DNA of 64,000 nt. Source: Antedon mediterranea (Eukaryota; Animalia; Echinodermata). A model generated the notes under the pieces. It was not told the DNA's origin. It ran no database searches and saw nothing but the letters and a program-made list of their open reading frames with translations. Position 1 is the stretch's first letter, and every line of letters begins with the position of its first letter. Made by a program: the position numbers and the translations under genes. The stretch covers positions 6,262,001 through 6,326,000 of the forward strand of contig NC_092671.1 of NCBI RefSeq assembly GCF_964355755.1. Direction: 5' to 3'. Positions 21,501 to 35,879 of the stretch are shown here, piece after piece.

Positions 21501-21888
21501 ATACTATAAAGTATTTTTAAATATTTAAAATTCATCAGTACGTTCAATCAAGCAAGAAAAGATATACAACGTAGATCCTACATGACGATATTTAGTTTAT
21601 TTAATAATACTTAACTGTTAAATTATTAGTACCTGAATGAACAGTAACAATAACATTAAGTTTTTGTAAAACTATGCCTTTTGAAGTAAGGCATTTACCT
21701 TTAATTATTTTTAGAACTTATTGGATCATTTGTCAAAGTAATTAAAGTAACAATAGTAGTGAATGATGAAAGCAGCAGGAAGTTGTCACCATTTTTGTAA
21801 GGAACAACCTACGTAATTTACAATATTGTTCCATTGCTTGGGTAAACAGCAGTCACGTATATTATTAGAATCATATATACATATTCAA

Positions 21889-22132
21889 AATTTCAGTGGC
21901 ATTTTCCAAGTAGATTTTTCCTTATGAGATAAAATTACAAGAATAACCAGATGTATCCATTCCTATTGTACATCTGTTTATACAATACTGCCAGTGACGT
22001 AACGGCATAGTCTAAATTTCAGTGGCATTTTCCAAGTAGATTCTTCCTTAAAGAGTAAAATTTACAAGAATAACCAGATGAATCCATTCTTGTCATTGCT
22101 TTTCTTTCACAGTACTGCCAGTGTTGTAACGT
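21889..22132. repeat. ~126-bp tandem duplication
   Basis: AAATTTCAGTGGCATTTTCCAAGTAGATT...CAAGAATAACCAGATG...ACTGCCAGTG occurs twice in a row. Confidence 0.85.
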
Positions 22133-22146
22133 CTTTGAGTGCTCAC

Positions 22147-22253
22147 TGGCTTAACCCAGGGACCCATGGCTTAACCCAGGGACCCATGGCTTAACCCAGG
22201 GACCCATGGCTTAACCCAGGGACCCATGGCTTAACCCAGGGACCCATGGCTTA
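22147..22253. repeat. Perfect 20-bp tandem repeat (TGGCTTAACCCAGGGACCCA) x5
   Basis: Directly visible; no spacers. Confidence 0.95.
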
Positions 22254-25200
22254 CAGTGGGGCCTGAACAGACCTAAGAGCAAAAAACATTAGGCATTAAA
22301 ATATTTCGAGAAATGTTAAAAACACCTGAAGCCTCCAGCTTTGAAGGACCACTTACAGTAGGGTTCCTAAACCAGCGTTACGCCATTGAGTACTACTTCA
22401 ATTGTATTATATTTGTCTTACTTATCGGAAGATTTGATTTGTAGCCACCTGTATAAAATTAGATAATTAATGCTAATTTTATAGCTGTATGGTTTGAATT
22501 ATAGGGAATTATAGGAACTCATACGATCCACAATTGTCAAATTGCACAACCAAGTTACATACTGTACTTACAGTATAAAAGAAATTCTGTTTCTGAGACA
22601 GCTGACTTACATAATTTTTAGAACACAAAAATCTATAAAAACTGTAACTATGTACAATATATGTATGGTTACCTTGGTAACAATGTCTGTTTAGATCACG
22701 TGATGATGGTGCAATCTTATTAACATATGTCACATGATGAAAATTAATTCATCTTCAATTGTGTAAAATGATGTTGCAGAATTTTAGTATGAAATCTGCA
22801 TACTTATTGCGATTAGTTTGAACTCTTACTTACTAATTAATTTATATGCATTATCATGCAATATATTAATTGTTTACCTTTTTAATTGTACTGAAGAATT
22901 CCAAGTCACATTACTATCACATGTCACAGGAAATCTAAATTTAACTATTGATTAAAAAAACATTATTTCTTAGAAATAGTTAATGACGACCAGTAAATTT
23001 ATCTAAAAATAATTATTCAGATACTACTGTATGTACAATTAAAAATCTACTGTGCAACAAAATAACTATTAAGAATAATAAAAAATCATAATAAATAGGT
23101 AATCATTATTACATATTATTAGGGGATTTATTTCTTTGTTGATATTTGTGTAGGTTGTGTGGCCTCTGATAATCCTACTAGTAACCTTGATGTCACAGTG
23201 TTAGTCAATATTTGTCTGAGAGGTTTTTCTGCATAATTTACAGATTAAGTAGTTTAATGCGAGTTGGTTACTGGTAAAATAATTGTCTTTTTTATCTGTC
23301 GTTAATTAGTATTTGACAGTATGATGTACCAAAAAAGAGAACAATATTATTAAAATAATTGTATATTTTTTATCTGTCGTTTTTCTTATTAGTATTTGTC
23401 ATTATGATATGTAAATAAAATAAAAAGAAAACAATATTATTAATATTAAGTATTAATTAAATATTGATTGGCTGGGATTTCACAATTTGTTATTTACAGG
23501 AAGAGAAACAAAGAAAAAATGTCAAATAATTAAGGTATTGTTTCCGAGAATTCATTCATAGGTGTTGCCAAGGCTTTGTGTGGTTTAAATGTCTCCTTGG
23601 TAGAAATAGCAGGAAAACATCCTGGTGTAAGCTACTGTAGACTCTCTATCTATAGTCTGACGACCTCTAACAATAAAATGTATGGATGACTAATCAGACT
23701 AGAACAACAATGCGTTGCTCAGTCTAGTTAAATACAGCACTCTGTCGCAGTCCTGTTTACTTTGTGTTAGCTATCTATCGTACGAAGACTTGACAAGCCC
23801 TATTTTTTAACATTGTGAATTCAAACACCGATACATATTCTTTATAGTGATTTATCTTTTTGCTTCTTTATCGTTGGTAAGTAATTTATTGTTTTTTTCC
23901 AGACAATGAAATAAATTACTTTTATTTTTTTGATAGTTGGTAACAAAAGCTATGGTTTTTTTTTTTCACTTCGGCATGTTGCTGCGTTTATTTTTGTTAG
24001 ATGGCAATTGATCAACCAGGTGTTATAATGTGACAAAATAAAATTGTCAACCAGTTGCAGAAAAATCAATTTCATGTTAAACTGGTATGAATATTAATGA
24101 TTGATACAGTATCACTATTTGACCTATAGTAGTGACAATCTCATGTCGCAATTTGAATGGTATTAATTACATAGGATCAGATTAAACTTGATTATGGTAA
24201 ATTACGTTTGAACTTTATTAATTAGTATACTCTACTGTAAAATACAAACATTAAGTTTTATAATATTGTGTTCAAGTTCAATAGTACTTCTATTATAATT
24301 ATCTGTAAAAGACATTTCTTTCATCTTATTTTTATAATACCGGTATCTAAGTCTTCGTGATCTCGCGTTTTAATTTCCTAGTAATAAAATCATCCTTTTT
24401 TTCAAATAAAAGAACGTAAGAATGTAACAAACATCCCAAGTCACAGCTTGTCGACAACAATACAAAACACTAAAATAAGAAGGTAAAAATAGTAAAACAC
24501 ATAAAATTCAGATTGCTATAAAAAAAATTACAATTTTAGGGAACAATTTTTCCATGTCGGTTTAAAGCGGGGATTCTCTATATACCAATGCTGTTGCGCT
24601 TAGTATTTTATTAATTTTTTTCATTTATTGTGGCCACAATTGTTGATATAACCCTTGGTCTACTATATAATTCACCATTGGACTTTCAGTGATACATTTT
24701 GTATCAACCCCATAAAGCAGACTCTCGCTACATTAATTTCAGAATTGCGTAATATTGTAACATAAACAGAAAGCTATTAGTTTTTTAATTTTATGCATTT
24801 GAATTTTTAGTAGCTAACTGCAAAATTAAATATTAAAATCATGTTGGGGTCTGTATATAGAGCAGTGTCTTTTTTCGTGCCTAGCTTACCTGGATAAACC
24901 GACAAAAGCCCTTTCTCCTCAAAGAACGAGATATAACTCGAAACAAATTTTCATTGAACATATCTCTCTACAAATGGTATACTGTAGTCCATGATCTATG
25001 CCCTCAGGTGGGAACCGTCCCACAAACCATTTCTTTGCGAGACATAAGGGAGTATCTTTCAGAAACTGTTTGTTCTACCATAGAGATATTATAATATCTC
25101 TATGGTTCTATACGACAGTAGATAAGTGGTCTAGTCAGCTTTAGATTTTATCAGCACAGGTTGTGTAGACATAAACCTTGTTTTGTTTATTGAGCCTGGT

Positions 25201-28200
25201 GTTGGCGAGAATTTAGTATTTAATTTGTGTTTAAATGAAGACAAATTGGCTAGCCTGTAGCATGTTTTTTTTAACAGCACAACACTTATTCCATATTGAG
25301 ATGTCTTTTCATGGATGGCCAAATTATATCAATGGATTATACAATACAAATAAATATATTAATGTTTTGAACTGATGAAGGGTTAGTGTTGCCCGAAAGC
25401 TCTGCTAATTTTTCTGGCCGTTTTACTTACATAATTATTTATATAACTCATCACTGCTCTGGTATTTTTGTTGGATATTATCAGCCCATTGTCAATGTCA
25501 TCATTGCCCTATTGTTGTAATTGAGTGCTGGTCCATTGTTATGTCATGTTTACTACTTGGTACTTCCTATAATTTTTTATAGGCCCACCATCCTTTATGT
25601 TCTTATTGTTTTATAAGTCTGACTCAATTTGTTGTTGTTTGTTGTGATATTTATAGTGCTGTGCTATTAAATAATAGAAATAAAGCTTTTTTTGTTGACA
25701 ATTTAAAATTGAATTTGTGTCCACTATAGTATGTACAGGTATGTTATTTGAAAATGACTTTTTTCTTGTTGTTTTTAGCGTTTTAGGTATTTCAATTGTG
25801 AAGGAACACCATGTGTTTGTCTTGTCATCATCTTGATTTTCTGTATTGCATTTTAGTACAGTACTTATTTTAGAAAATTTATATTTTCTTTATTATACAG
25901 TATGTATCCCTTTTAAATTAAAATCATTTTGGAACCGTATGGTATTAGTATGTGTCTGTTTGATATTGATACAGAGGTTCCCAATTGTTTTAATGATTGT
26001 GTTTACCAAATTTGTTAGCACATGGAACATGCGCTGCTGTCACCAGAAAGCCTGGTACTACATCTCAAATCTAGTTGGCCAAATACTGAATGGCGCCAGA
26101 TAACAATTTACATTTGTGTGTGAAGTACTGTAGCATGATTTGCATTGGTAAATGCACAGTCTCAACGGTGTGTGATCTGCAATTTGCTGGCTTTACTCAG
26201 GCCCCCGAAGCCCTATCCCCAAAAAATCCAGACGGCCACACTAAAAACATTACAGGATTATTAATGATTAATTACCGAGTTATCCAGAGACACTCCCCAG
26301 AACCTCAAGTTTAATAAGTGTACATAGTGTGATACATTTTTAGGTAAGAGTAAATAGCTGGATTCCATAGTACAGGTATTTGCATTCTGGTCAAAATAGA
26401 TTTATTCAACAAATAAAAAATAATACCAACACCTGTTTTTGTTATTTTTAACAACAATAATACACAATGCATGGGTTGTGTAAGCAATACATTTTATTTC
26501 ATCACTTTTTGATGACTAATATAAATAAACATTATTAACAATGTCTATATCATCATTATTATTTACCTACCTTCTCGAAATTGATCAAAACCCAATCAAA
26601 TGAAACGTATGTTATACTTAATTATATATATATTTTTTTTTTATTCATATGACTAACAAAATAGATTATGTATTAAAACGATGTTTATACCAGCCCTATT
26701 TCATAATCATAGTCTTCTTCACAGTTCAAATAAAGTTTACAATTAACTTTTACAAGGGCGGTGATTAAAAAATTTTGAATTTTATTTTAATGTTGTCATA
26801 TTATGACTAATATAAATCGATAATGTATTATAATGTGTGGGATATCTTATTGTGATTATTATCACAAGAGTTCATAGAAAGTTTATTGTTAATATGTGGA
26901 GCTGTGACCAGTTTATTATCAAGTAGTTGATATGATACTACTTACTATAGTGTGTGGGCGGAACTATTTTTATCTGCCGGGTATTTCTCATCGTTTGCTA
27001 AAGAGTCAATTAGCTATTTTCTAAACAACTGTTAAGACTTCTGCTTTTGTTGTTTTTGAACTTCAAACTTGTTTGTACTTTCATAATTGTTTTGTTTCAA
27101 TTATATTATTATTTAATTACTTTTTTTTTCTCTTTTAAAATTTCTTTCTTATCTTTGTGCAGAGAAATAAGGATAAATAAAATTTTTTTAATAGTTTAAT
27201 ATTAATTAACAATAAAAAATAATTAACATAAAATACAGTAAATTTTTTCTGTTGGTAGTGAAAGATACAATAGTGTCTATAGTATTCATTTTTTTAGAGT
27301 AAAATTAAAATAAATTATTATTATTATTATTATAAATAATCAATTTAACCAGACTTATTCAATAATACTATTTATAATGTTATTATAGTCTATTAAAAGT
27401 AATGCATGAAGTGCTTTTCACTATACTGGTATTTAAGTGGGCTAGGACATGCTGGTATGTTTTAGATTCATTCATAATTGTTATTGTCTAGCAAAGGTAT
27501 TTCTTACTATGGTATGCACATCTTACAGTAAATAGGTTATAGTCGACATGAGTGGTATGACTAACTTACCGGTAGGCCTGCTGTGTACCTACTGTATACA
27601 ATCTGTACTAGTGAAAATGGTGAATGACTCTCATATTAGGATAAGGCCCTGTTCGCACAGCGTATAATGCTGACAATTTTTATGTCCATAATACTGTAGT
27701 TTTACACTGTCGACTGTACCGTTTTAGTGTCAACAATTTACACACTGTATTCAGAGTATGTATGCTGTTATGTTCTAATAAATAATTTAAAATATTAATA
27801 TAGTACTTGTTTCTCATTCAGACCTAATCTAAGGACATATGTACAGTACTTGCAATTTTCATCTACTACTGTGAACAAAGCTTTAAAAAAAGACTATTTG
27901 CCAAACAGCACTAATTTTATTTAAAATTACGTATATTATTATTCCTTCTTTTTTTTTCTAATATTATATTATATTTTAGTCTTAGTTGGTTCATAGACTA
28001 TACGCTAGTTTGCAATTCATATATTAAATAATTAACAAGTTTAAGATTGAGCAATGTTTGGTTTTGTTAATTAGTAGCCTTCTTGCAGATTCCCATCCAA
28101 TGACCTCCAAACCAAAGATGCGATGACATCATCAACGTGCTGTTTCATTGGATAGGAATTCAACAAAAACAACACAGACCTTGCTTGCGTGCAACTCATT

Positions 28201-29100
28201 ACATTAACTTATCAGTGGTTGTAACAATAGGACAATGACCATCCCAATGTAAACAAGCTTTATAAATATATGACATGGATTTTTTTTATGGCATCGTCTG
28301 AAAGTGAACGAGCCACGTCTTCTAGTTCAATTATTGATTTTTAAGTTGTCATGGCGACGCAGGGATTAGGATTCAGCCAGGTGGCGAGGACATGCATTGT
28401 ATGTTAATGAGCATTTTTTTTAGCTGCCTCATTATCGCTGATGAGTAATCTGAGAAACCTGAATTGCTAGAGTATTTTTTTTTAATTCGGGGAGACAAGA
28501 AGATTATGTTTACTATTTTCATCAAGTAACTCTACAATATTGAATTACATTATGGTCTTGTGATATTAAATATGCCATGAATAATTTTTCACAAAATGTA
28601 TTACTTTATACTGTATTCATTAAGTAAAAAATAACTTACCTTAACCTTTTATGAGTGTTAATATCAATATATTGATTTTACCCCGAAAATCAATAGGTGA
28701 TGGTCTGTTATTATACTTATTTATATATTTAAACAAAATTAAATTGTGGATAAACAAACAATAAAATGCATGTAATTTATATGGAATTTGCTAATCCCAA
28801 TGATAATGTTTACTGTATAACATATTAGTTTTACAATAATTTTATAAATAAATTTATTATTTCATACAAAAAGATAATTAGTTTCGCAGTTTTGGTCTAC
28901 TAATAGCATTTCTGATGTGAGAATATCGTCACTTAGATGGCTTGATGGACAGATTGTAAACTCTCTAAGAACAAAGAGTTTTCAGTGCATACTGGCTTTA
29001 TGCTTTTTGTTTTTTACATATAATATTCATTTTCATCATATTTTGTATTTTTCAGAAATATAAATCTAAAAGTTATAAGGTGGAGTGACAATAACGCATA

Positions 29101-32100
29101 ATGGCAGCTTGGGCTGGTGTAGGTAATGATGGTGATGCTGTTACACCAATTGGAGAGCAGTATCCTTGTATTTCTGCTGGAGGGAATGATTTAACTGTTC
29201 CTGATCTAACACCTTCACCGTCCATCAGTCCACAAACTAGTACCGACATAGAACTCGAAGAAACTGACCTAACACTCACTAAGAAAAGAGTCAGAGCGAT
29301 GACACCACCGGCACCTCACACATCCCCTCCGACACCGATAGATGTACCTTACACGCTGAAGAAAGGAAAAAGTGTTCCTCTCGTGAAACGAGAGACGGCC
29401 AAAATCGTAGACTATTTTTTAAAGCGACGGAGTGTGAGCTTATCAAGCGCCGATCTCTCAGAGGATTACAGAAGGGTTAGAAAACGAAATAAAAGGAAAG
29501 AAAAAAGAAACAACACCATTTCTGTTACGTCAAACATCAGTAGTGATTCAAACGTGTTTTTACCGCGGGAAAGCGATAGCTTTAGTAGAGAGGTAAAGAA
29601 AAAAGATTATGACATTGACAATTTGAATGCAGCACATGAACCGATGGATTTAAACAGAGCAAAATCAAACTCTGCTCCGTCTACCCTTCGGTTCAAAGCA
29701 AAACCGTGTGAACAAGACTTTGAGAAAATTCAAAGAATGAAAGATGAAGGATTGTTAGAGCCTTCTGACGATACACAAATACAAGAAAGTAAAGGAAAAC
29801 ATAAAATAAAACGACGCAAAACATTATTGAATCGTGCTAGAAGTTTTATTGGTTCTCCGACATTTAGGGAACGCAAAGAAATAGTGGACACTAAGGAGAA
29901 GGAAAACCGCTCAAAAGTTCATCATGAAATGAAAAAAACTGGTTTCGGGAAAAGACTTCGAAAAATGTTTGGTATTAAAAAACATAAACATGGATCTGTA
30001 GAATCTGTTGAGTCCCCGGTTACAAATGGGTTTAACTCTACTAGCTCTTTAGATAGCTATGACAACATTCCCAGAACTACATCACCAATCACTCCGTCCC
30101 GTGATGAACGTAGAAAAATAAAATTTCCAAGTTTTCTACGTAAGAAACCACGAAAGGAATCGCCACAAAATGATGAGAGAACCCCTCATTGGCCATCATC
30201 AACTGGGAATGCGACAACGTTTTTCAGCACGAACGACTTTCAATACCGTTGTTCTCAACATTCGGAAGTCGTCCGATCTTCTTCGCAACCAAATCATATT
30301 CAGTCATCAACGTCCATGCAAGTTGCACCACAGAGGTCAATATCGCGTCCAACATCACTTGGTCTAAACATGTCGTCTTTGTCAGACCCAACCCGAGGTT
30401 TTAATGGTAAATTTTTATTGTTTATGTTTATTATTAATATATTTTTCCTGTTTTGCTTTTGAATGTTCTTTGGCATTTGGCACATTTCCAGATACTGTGC
30501 TTTATTGAGGAAACGGTAACATTTATTTTGTTTTCCTCAAGAAAATCACTAATTACCAAATACCATTTACCAACCACCATTTACCAACTAACATTTACCA
30601 ACTAACATTTACCAACTACTTTTTTTTCTTTATGAAGAAGTGCTTCACATCAACAGTCCACTGAGACCTGGCATTGAACTACGTGGTAGTGGTCAACAAC
30701 GTGACAGTGGACAACAGCTTGCCCGACAGGCCCCACTGGCCAGCATTGATGACGACGACTTAGAGGTTGATGGTCTTAGTGGTGATGATGAAAGTAAAGG
30801 TTTGTCAATATATTCTATTTTTACGGTATTTTTTCTGTTAATGACAGTATTAAACTAGACAATTTAGATTGTAGTATTTGTCTAAGGGGTTGTTAATAAG
30901 ATAAAAATACCATTGGTTTAAAGGCCGCCTTATAATTATTGTTTCTTACACACCATTTTAGACAACAAGGCATTCACAGACAGTGGCTCTGTAGACATTT
31001 CAACTGCTAGTGCAGCCTCTGGTGAAGAAGATGACGATACCAGATATCGTGAAGTAGCAGAAAGACTAGCAGAGATTGGAGACAGTATCGTCGGTGCTGT
31101 TGGAGGGCGCAGTGGTGGTGCTTCCTCGCTGCCGGGAACATGTACAGGTACTGTATAGTAATTGTATAAATGATGTAGAGATTATGTACTGTAATTGAAT
31201 ATGATTTTACTGATTATTACTTATGTAATTATGATTAATGATTAAATAAAAAAGATGTTGTTTTTAATCATCAACAAAAATATAGCTTTTTCTAAGCAAA
31301 ACATAGTTGGCGTCATTTTTTTTCTGAACTAATAAATGATGTTAATCCCTGGCGAGCAGAAAAAATTATTATTTCTTTTCTACTTGTTTTTTTCTAGATG
31401 GTGCTTTGGTTGATCCAGTTGTTTTACAAGATATCTCAAACCATGTAAATATGCATTTTAATCAGCAGTTTTTAAGTGTTTATTTTGGTTTAATAGAATT
31501 TTAATGTCACAATACAGTACAGCCCCTATAGGATACATTTTTTAATCTCTCCAAAGTACATTCCTAATATGGGGTTTGCCATAGAGTTAAAACATGTATT
31601 TCCACATGTTTTCACAGGAGAGTGTCCCCATAATAGGGTTGTACTGTACTGTATATTAACTATTTCGACTAAAGTAAAATTCGGAACAATTTACAATTTA
31701 GAGGGTGGTCGGAGAGAATATATTATATGTTAACCTGAGCCATATAGCTATTAAGTTTATCGAGGAGAAAAAAAAATGTGTTTTGTTACCATCATATTCT
31801 GTTTATATTTTTTAAGGCAACAAATAATTCAAGGTTTTCTGAAGACACAGTAATACGGGTTGTTCTTGACACCACCTACCATGCCTTCTCCACCACCGTG
31901 GAGACCCTTATTGGCGATGATCAAGGCTGGAACCAGGTGGCGTTGGTGCTAAGATTCACAAAAGTTGCTATGCAGGCAGCAAGGACGATCGGTGTACATG
32001 CTACGCAGATCAAGAACAATAGTATAGAATACATTTCAGATCACTTTGCTGAATGGGTTGGAAGCCAAGGTGGATGGGTAAGGAGTTTACTATATATGGT

Positions 32101-33409
32101 ATATTATTCATGCACCCCCTTCCCTCACTCCTTATATTTCACTTGAAAAAATAACACAAACTTTAACCCCCAGCATTAAACTCAATGCTGAATCTGCCCC
32201 TCCATCATAAATGCCCTTTAAGATTGTTACCAGAAACAAAATGTACCCCAGCACCAAGATGTAGATCATTGTTGTCAATGGAATTAACTGTACCCAAGGA
32301 CCAAAATATACCAGCCGATTCTCGGTACTGTATCTATTTCCAAAGTATCTTTGGCATATTGGTAATACAACATCACATGTGTTTCACATGTATTGTAGTA
32401 GTAACCTAACCCTTAACCTAAACTTACATGATACATGTACCACATGTGATATAAATGAGATGCTGTATTACCAAATATTACTATGATACCTCGGAAATAG
32501 ATAGTATGTGGAGATACAGCACTGAGAATTGGGTGAATATACTGTGACATGATACAGGCACCACATGTGATATGTGTGAGATACTGTATTAATACCAAAT
32601 ATTCCTATACCTTGGAATAGATACAGTAGTATAAGGAGATACAGCACTGAGAATTGGGTGAATATACTGTGACATGATACAGGCAGCACATGTGATATGT
32701 GTGAGATACTGTATTAATACCAAAAATTCCTATACCTTGGAATAGATACAGTAGTATAAGGAGATACAGCACTGAGAATTAGGGGAATATACTGTGTCAA
32801 AATCTATTGTTGATATTGTCTACAAAGAATATGACATTCCAGACAATAGAATGTTTTTATGCAAAAAGAACAATAGACAGATAACAAAAGGAATTATTTT
32901 GAAGAGTTGACAAGCTTTTGTTCTGCTGTAATTACTGTATTAAGACAATCACAATATGACAGCTTGTGAAAAAATAGGTTTTATTTTTAAATCCATGTCA
33001 TAAATTTTACAACCGTATCAGACAAATTAGTATGGTTCAAGGTCCTATTAAGTAGGTAGGAGTATAATTACAACATTATCTTTTCATAATTTTTTTTTTC
33101 CTAAAAAATTTGATTGACACATTGTGTTTTTTTAAAAACAATAATGTGCGTGTCTGTTATGATAATTTAAAATTGGAAAGTTATTAAAGACTTGTACTAA
33201 GACTTGGTTTATGTAGAGCATCTTATGTATATGTTTGTCTTGTGAATGGAATTGCCACCTTTAAGAGGGAATTTGGTTATGGTTTAATATCCTTGGCAAT
33301 TTGCCTAATGCCTAAATATGTAAAAAAAAAAACAAATTTAATGTTTATTTTCTTACAGGAATCCATTATTATTGATGATAGTGATGGGCAGGAATCTGAA
33401 ATTGACTGA
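29101..33409 (+). CDS. BCL-G/BID-like Bcl-2 family protein, ~670 aa, long disordered insert, no C-terminal TM anchor
   Basis: Exons 29101-30406, 30638-30799, 30962-31147, 31398-31444, 31817-32077, 33359-33409; total 2013 nt in frame. BH4-like RETAKIVDYFLKRR, BH3 YREVAERLAEIGDSIV, BH1-like GWNQVALVLRF, BH2 HFAEWVGSQGGW followed by the intron position typical of Bcl-2 genes; ends ESIIIDDSDGQESEID*. Confidence 0.85.
32430..32797. repeat. ~123-bp tandem repeat x3
   Basis: GGAGATACAGCACTGAGAATT recurs at ~32511, ~32635 and ~32761. Confidence 0.85.
33188..33331 (+). mobile_element. SINE 3' fragment (family C)
   Basis: AGACTTGTA..AAGACTT..TTTATGTA...ATTGCCAC...TTGGCAATTTGCCTAA plus A-tail; shared with 40553-40690. 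Confidence 0.55.
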
Positions 33410-35879
33410 TGATACAATCTGTGCTGCTGGGATGGTGCAAAAGACTACTGACTGTGCTCTATAAAAGACGAGCGGCTGCATTTTTTATGAGACATCGTCA
33501 TGTGATGGTCGTGTGCATAATTTAGTAGTAATTTAAGATAATTTTTAAAAACAACCATACCATACCATAAATGATTGATGAAATGCTGCTTTCACGTGGT
33601 CTTTTACTTTATAAATATTGGATAAATCTCTTTTATAAATAATGTAGAAACTTACAAAGTTTTGTAAAAAAATGCGGTTTACAGCCATTAGTAATTTCCC
33701 TTCATTATAGGCTTGCTTAATCTGAAATAAATAAAGCATCTTAAGGGGTCTTTCACAATTGTTCCGGCATGGTTCCAGTCCGTTGTATCGAACGTCAATG
33801 TTTTGTTTTCACGAAGCTTCATGCGGCTATGCAGCAATCGATATGTGCATAGCTGCCTGAAAACATTAACTTTGATTTCCTGATGCTGGACCAGAACTGT
33901 TCCGGAAAGACCCTTAAGGGGTGTGTGGTGGTGCAGTCTCCCCACAGCCTAATAAGCTCCACCCAAGTTTTATGTACTTAAATTTACATGTGACTTAAGC
34001 CAGTGCCAAGTTTTCCTAGAAATAATTTCCTAATTACATTTCTTTTTTAAAGTTTTTGATTACCTTGATCATATTCCCTTTGATGCTTGTTAGGACAAAA
34101 ATGTTTTTAAAAAGATCTTTTAACGAAACATTCCAATATTAGTGGCATGAAGTATAACAAAAATTATTTTATGGTATTGTTGACAACTTATAATTTATGA
34201 AGACAAAATAAGAAATACAATTTCATTTGTTGGATTTGGTAATATTTTCTAACCTTTCCAACTTCGTCCTTCATTTGGTGCAAAGACTGTTCCAGTTTTG
34301 GAACATTTAGTGATTTGTAAATGTAAATATATTTAATGTTTGTTTGATATCTTTTATATAATATTTTACTTTTGCAATAATTTTATAGAAGATATTGATT
34401 TTATGTTACAATGATTCCTAAAGAAGTTTTAAATTTGAATTGTAACAAATATTGTTAGATGATATTTTTTTAGATTACTAAATTTGTAATCACACTTAAT
34501 CAAAATTATAAATTGAGTTGTACTACCTTGATTGCGTGAATATGTTAAAATGACAAACTTGAAATTGAATGTTTTTGAATTTAACAAAGAAGTGTATAAA
34601 AGATGTTTTAAAATTTTAAATGAAATACATTATTCCACGAAACGTGTCTTTGGTTTCATTCTTCCGTGTATGATTTTATGAATTTATATTTGAGGACGAT
34701 TTGTACAGAATTCAAGGATTATAGTATTAAGAAATATATTTTTACTGAAAAATTGAGTATTCAAATTATACTGTAATTTTTCCAACAGAAAAGGCCATGT
34801 GGCATTTATAACATGCATGGGCTTTATTTTACTTAAAATGGAGAAATTTTTCATTTTGATTTCAATGTCAAACAATTTCATTTCAGAATCTGAATAAGCA
34901 TGTTATTTGGACATACATTACTAAGAAACAATCGAATATAAAATTTGTACCCATGAAAACAGGTTTTTTATTTAGTACAAGTAACAAGAAAAAGAGTTAT
35001 TTTTAAAATCAAATTTGGACATAGACTTTTTGAAGTGAATATTTTGATGAATGTCTTTCTAAAACTGTTAAAAATTTAGAAAATTGTATCCATGATCAAA
35101 GTGTATTATTTTAATTATTGGATGCATTTACCCCCACCCACCAAAAAAAAAAGAGTATAATTCTGTTCCCCACTTGAAAGGGAATAGCGCCCTCTATTTT
35201 AATTTCAATTTATTTTAGCAGTTTTATTCCTGATTATAGCAACTACAGCTGTATTGCTACAAATACATATTTTTTCATACTCGTTTCATTTTATAATTTG
35301 ATATCTTATATGCTATACCTACAACATGATTCCAACCCAATAGTAATGAATTAGCCGAGAGAAAGAAAAAGATAACCAACAGATTACTTTACATCATTTA
35401 CTTTTTTTAAGTGCATGCAAGAAGAGAATGAAATAGCCTACATCATTTTGTGACATATTTTTGTAACTGAATTGATTTGATAAGAATGTAGGTGTAAGAA
35501 TTTGTATACTACTGTATTAATATTTAAAAAAATTAAGAAGTTTAATAAAGTTGACAAAATATATTCTGTACCGATTGTGAACATTGTTAATACAAGTGTT
35601 GTTGATAATAATAACAATTACACATCCACTGAAAAGTGCTCATAAAGTAAAGTTATAGAAACAGTATATTCATCCATGGATACCGCCATGATTCATCTAT
35701 CCATGATTTTTGGATGGTGTCATGAAAAAAAATCATGACAAATATAGTACTGTAATTACAAAACACACAAATGCTGCTACTACTTTGGGCATTTACTGAT
35801 TGATATTTTTATTTAAGAAAACTAATAATGTATATATTAATAGATTTCTTTTTGTGCATTGCGTCGATTGTGTCTATAA

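Noticed and set aside
30772-30790. BID-style N-myristoylation after caspase cleavage
   Set aside because: The new N-termini (GLSGDD, and GDNNVE in the short gene) fit the myristoylation consensus poorly.
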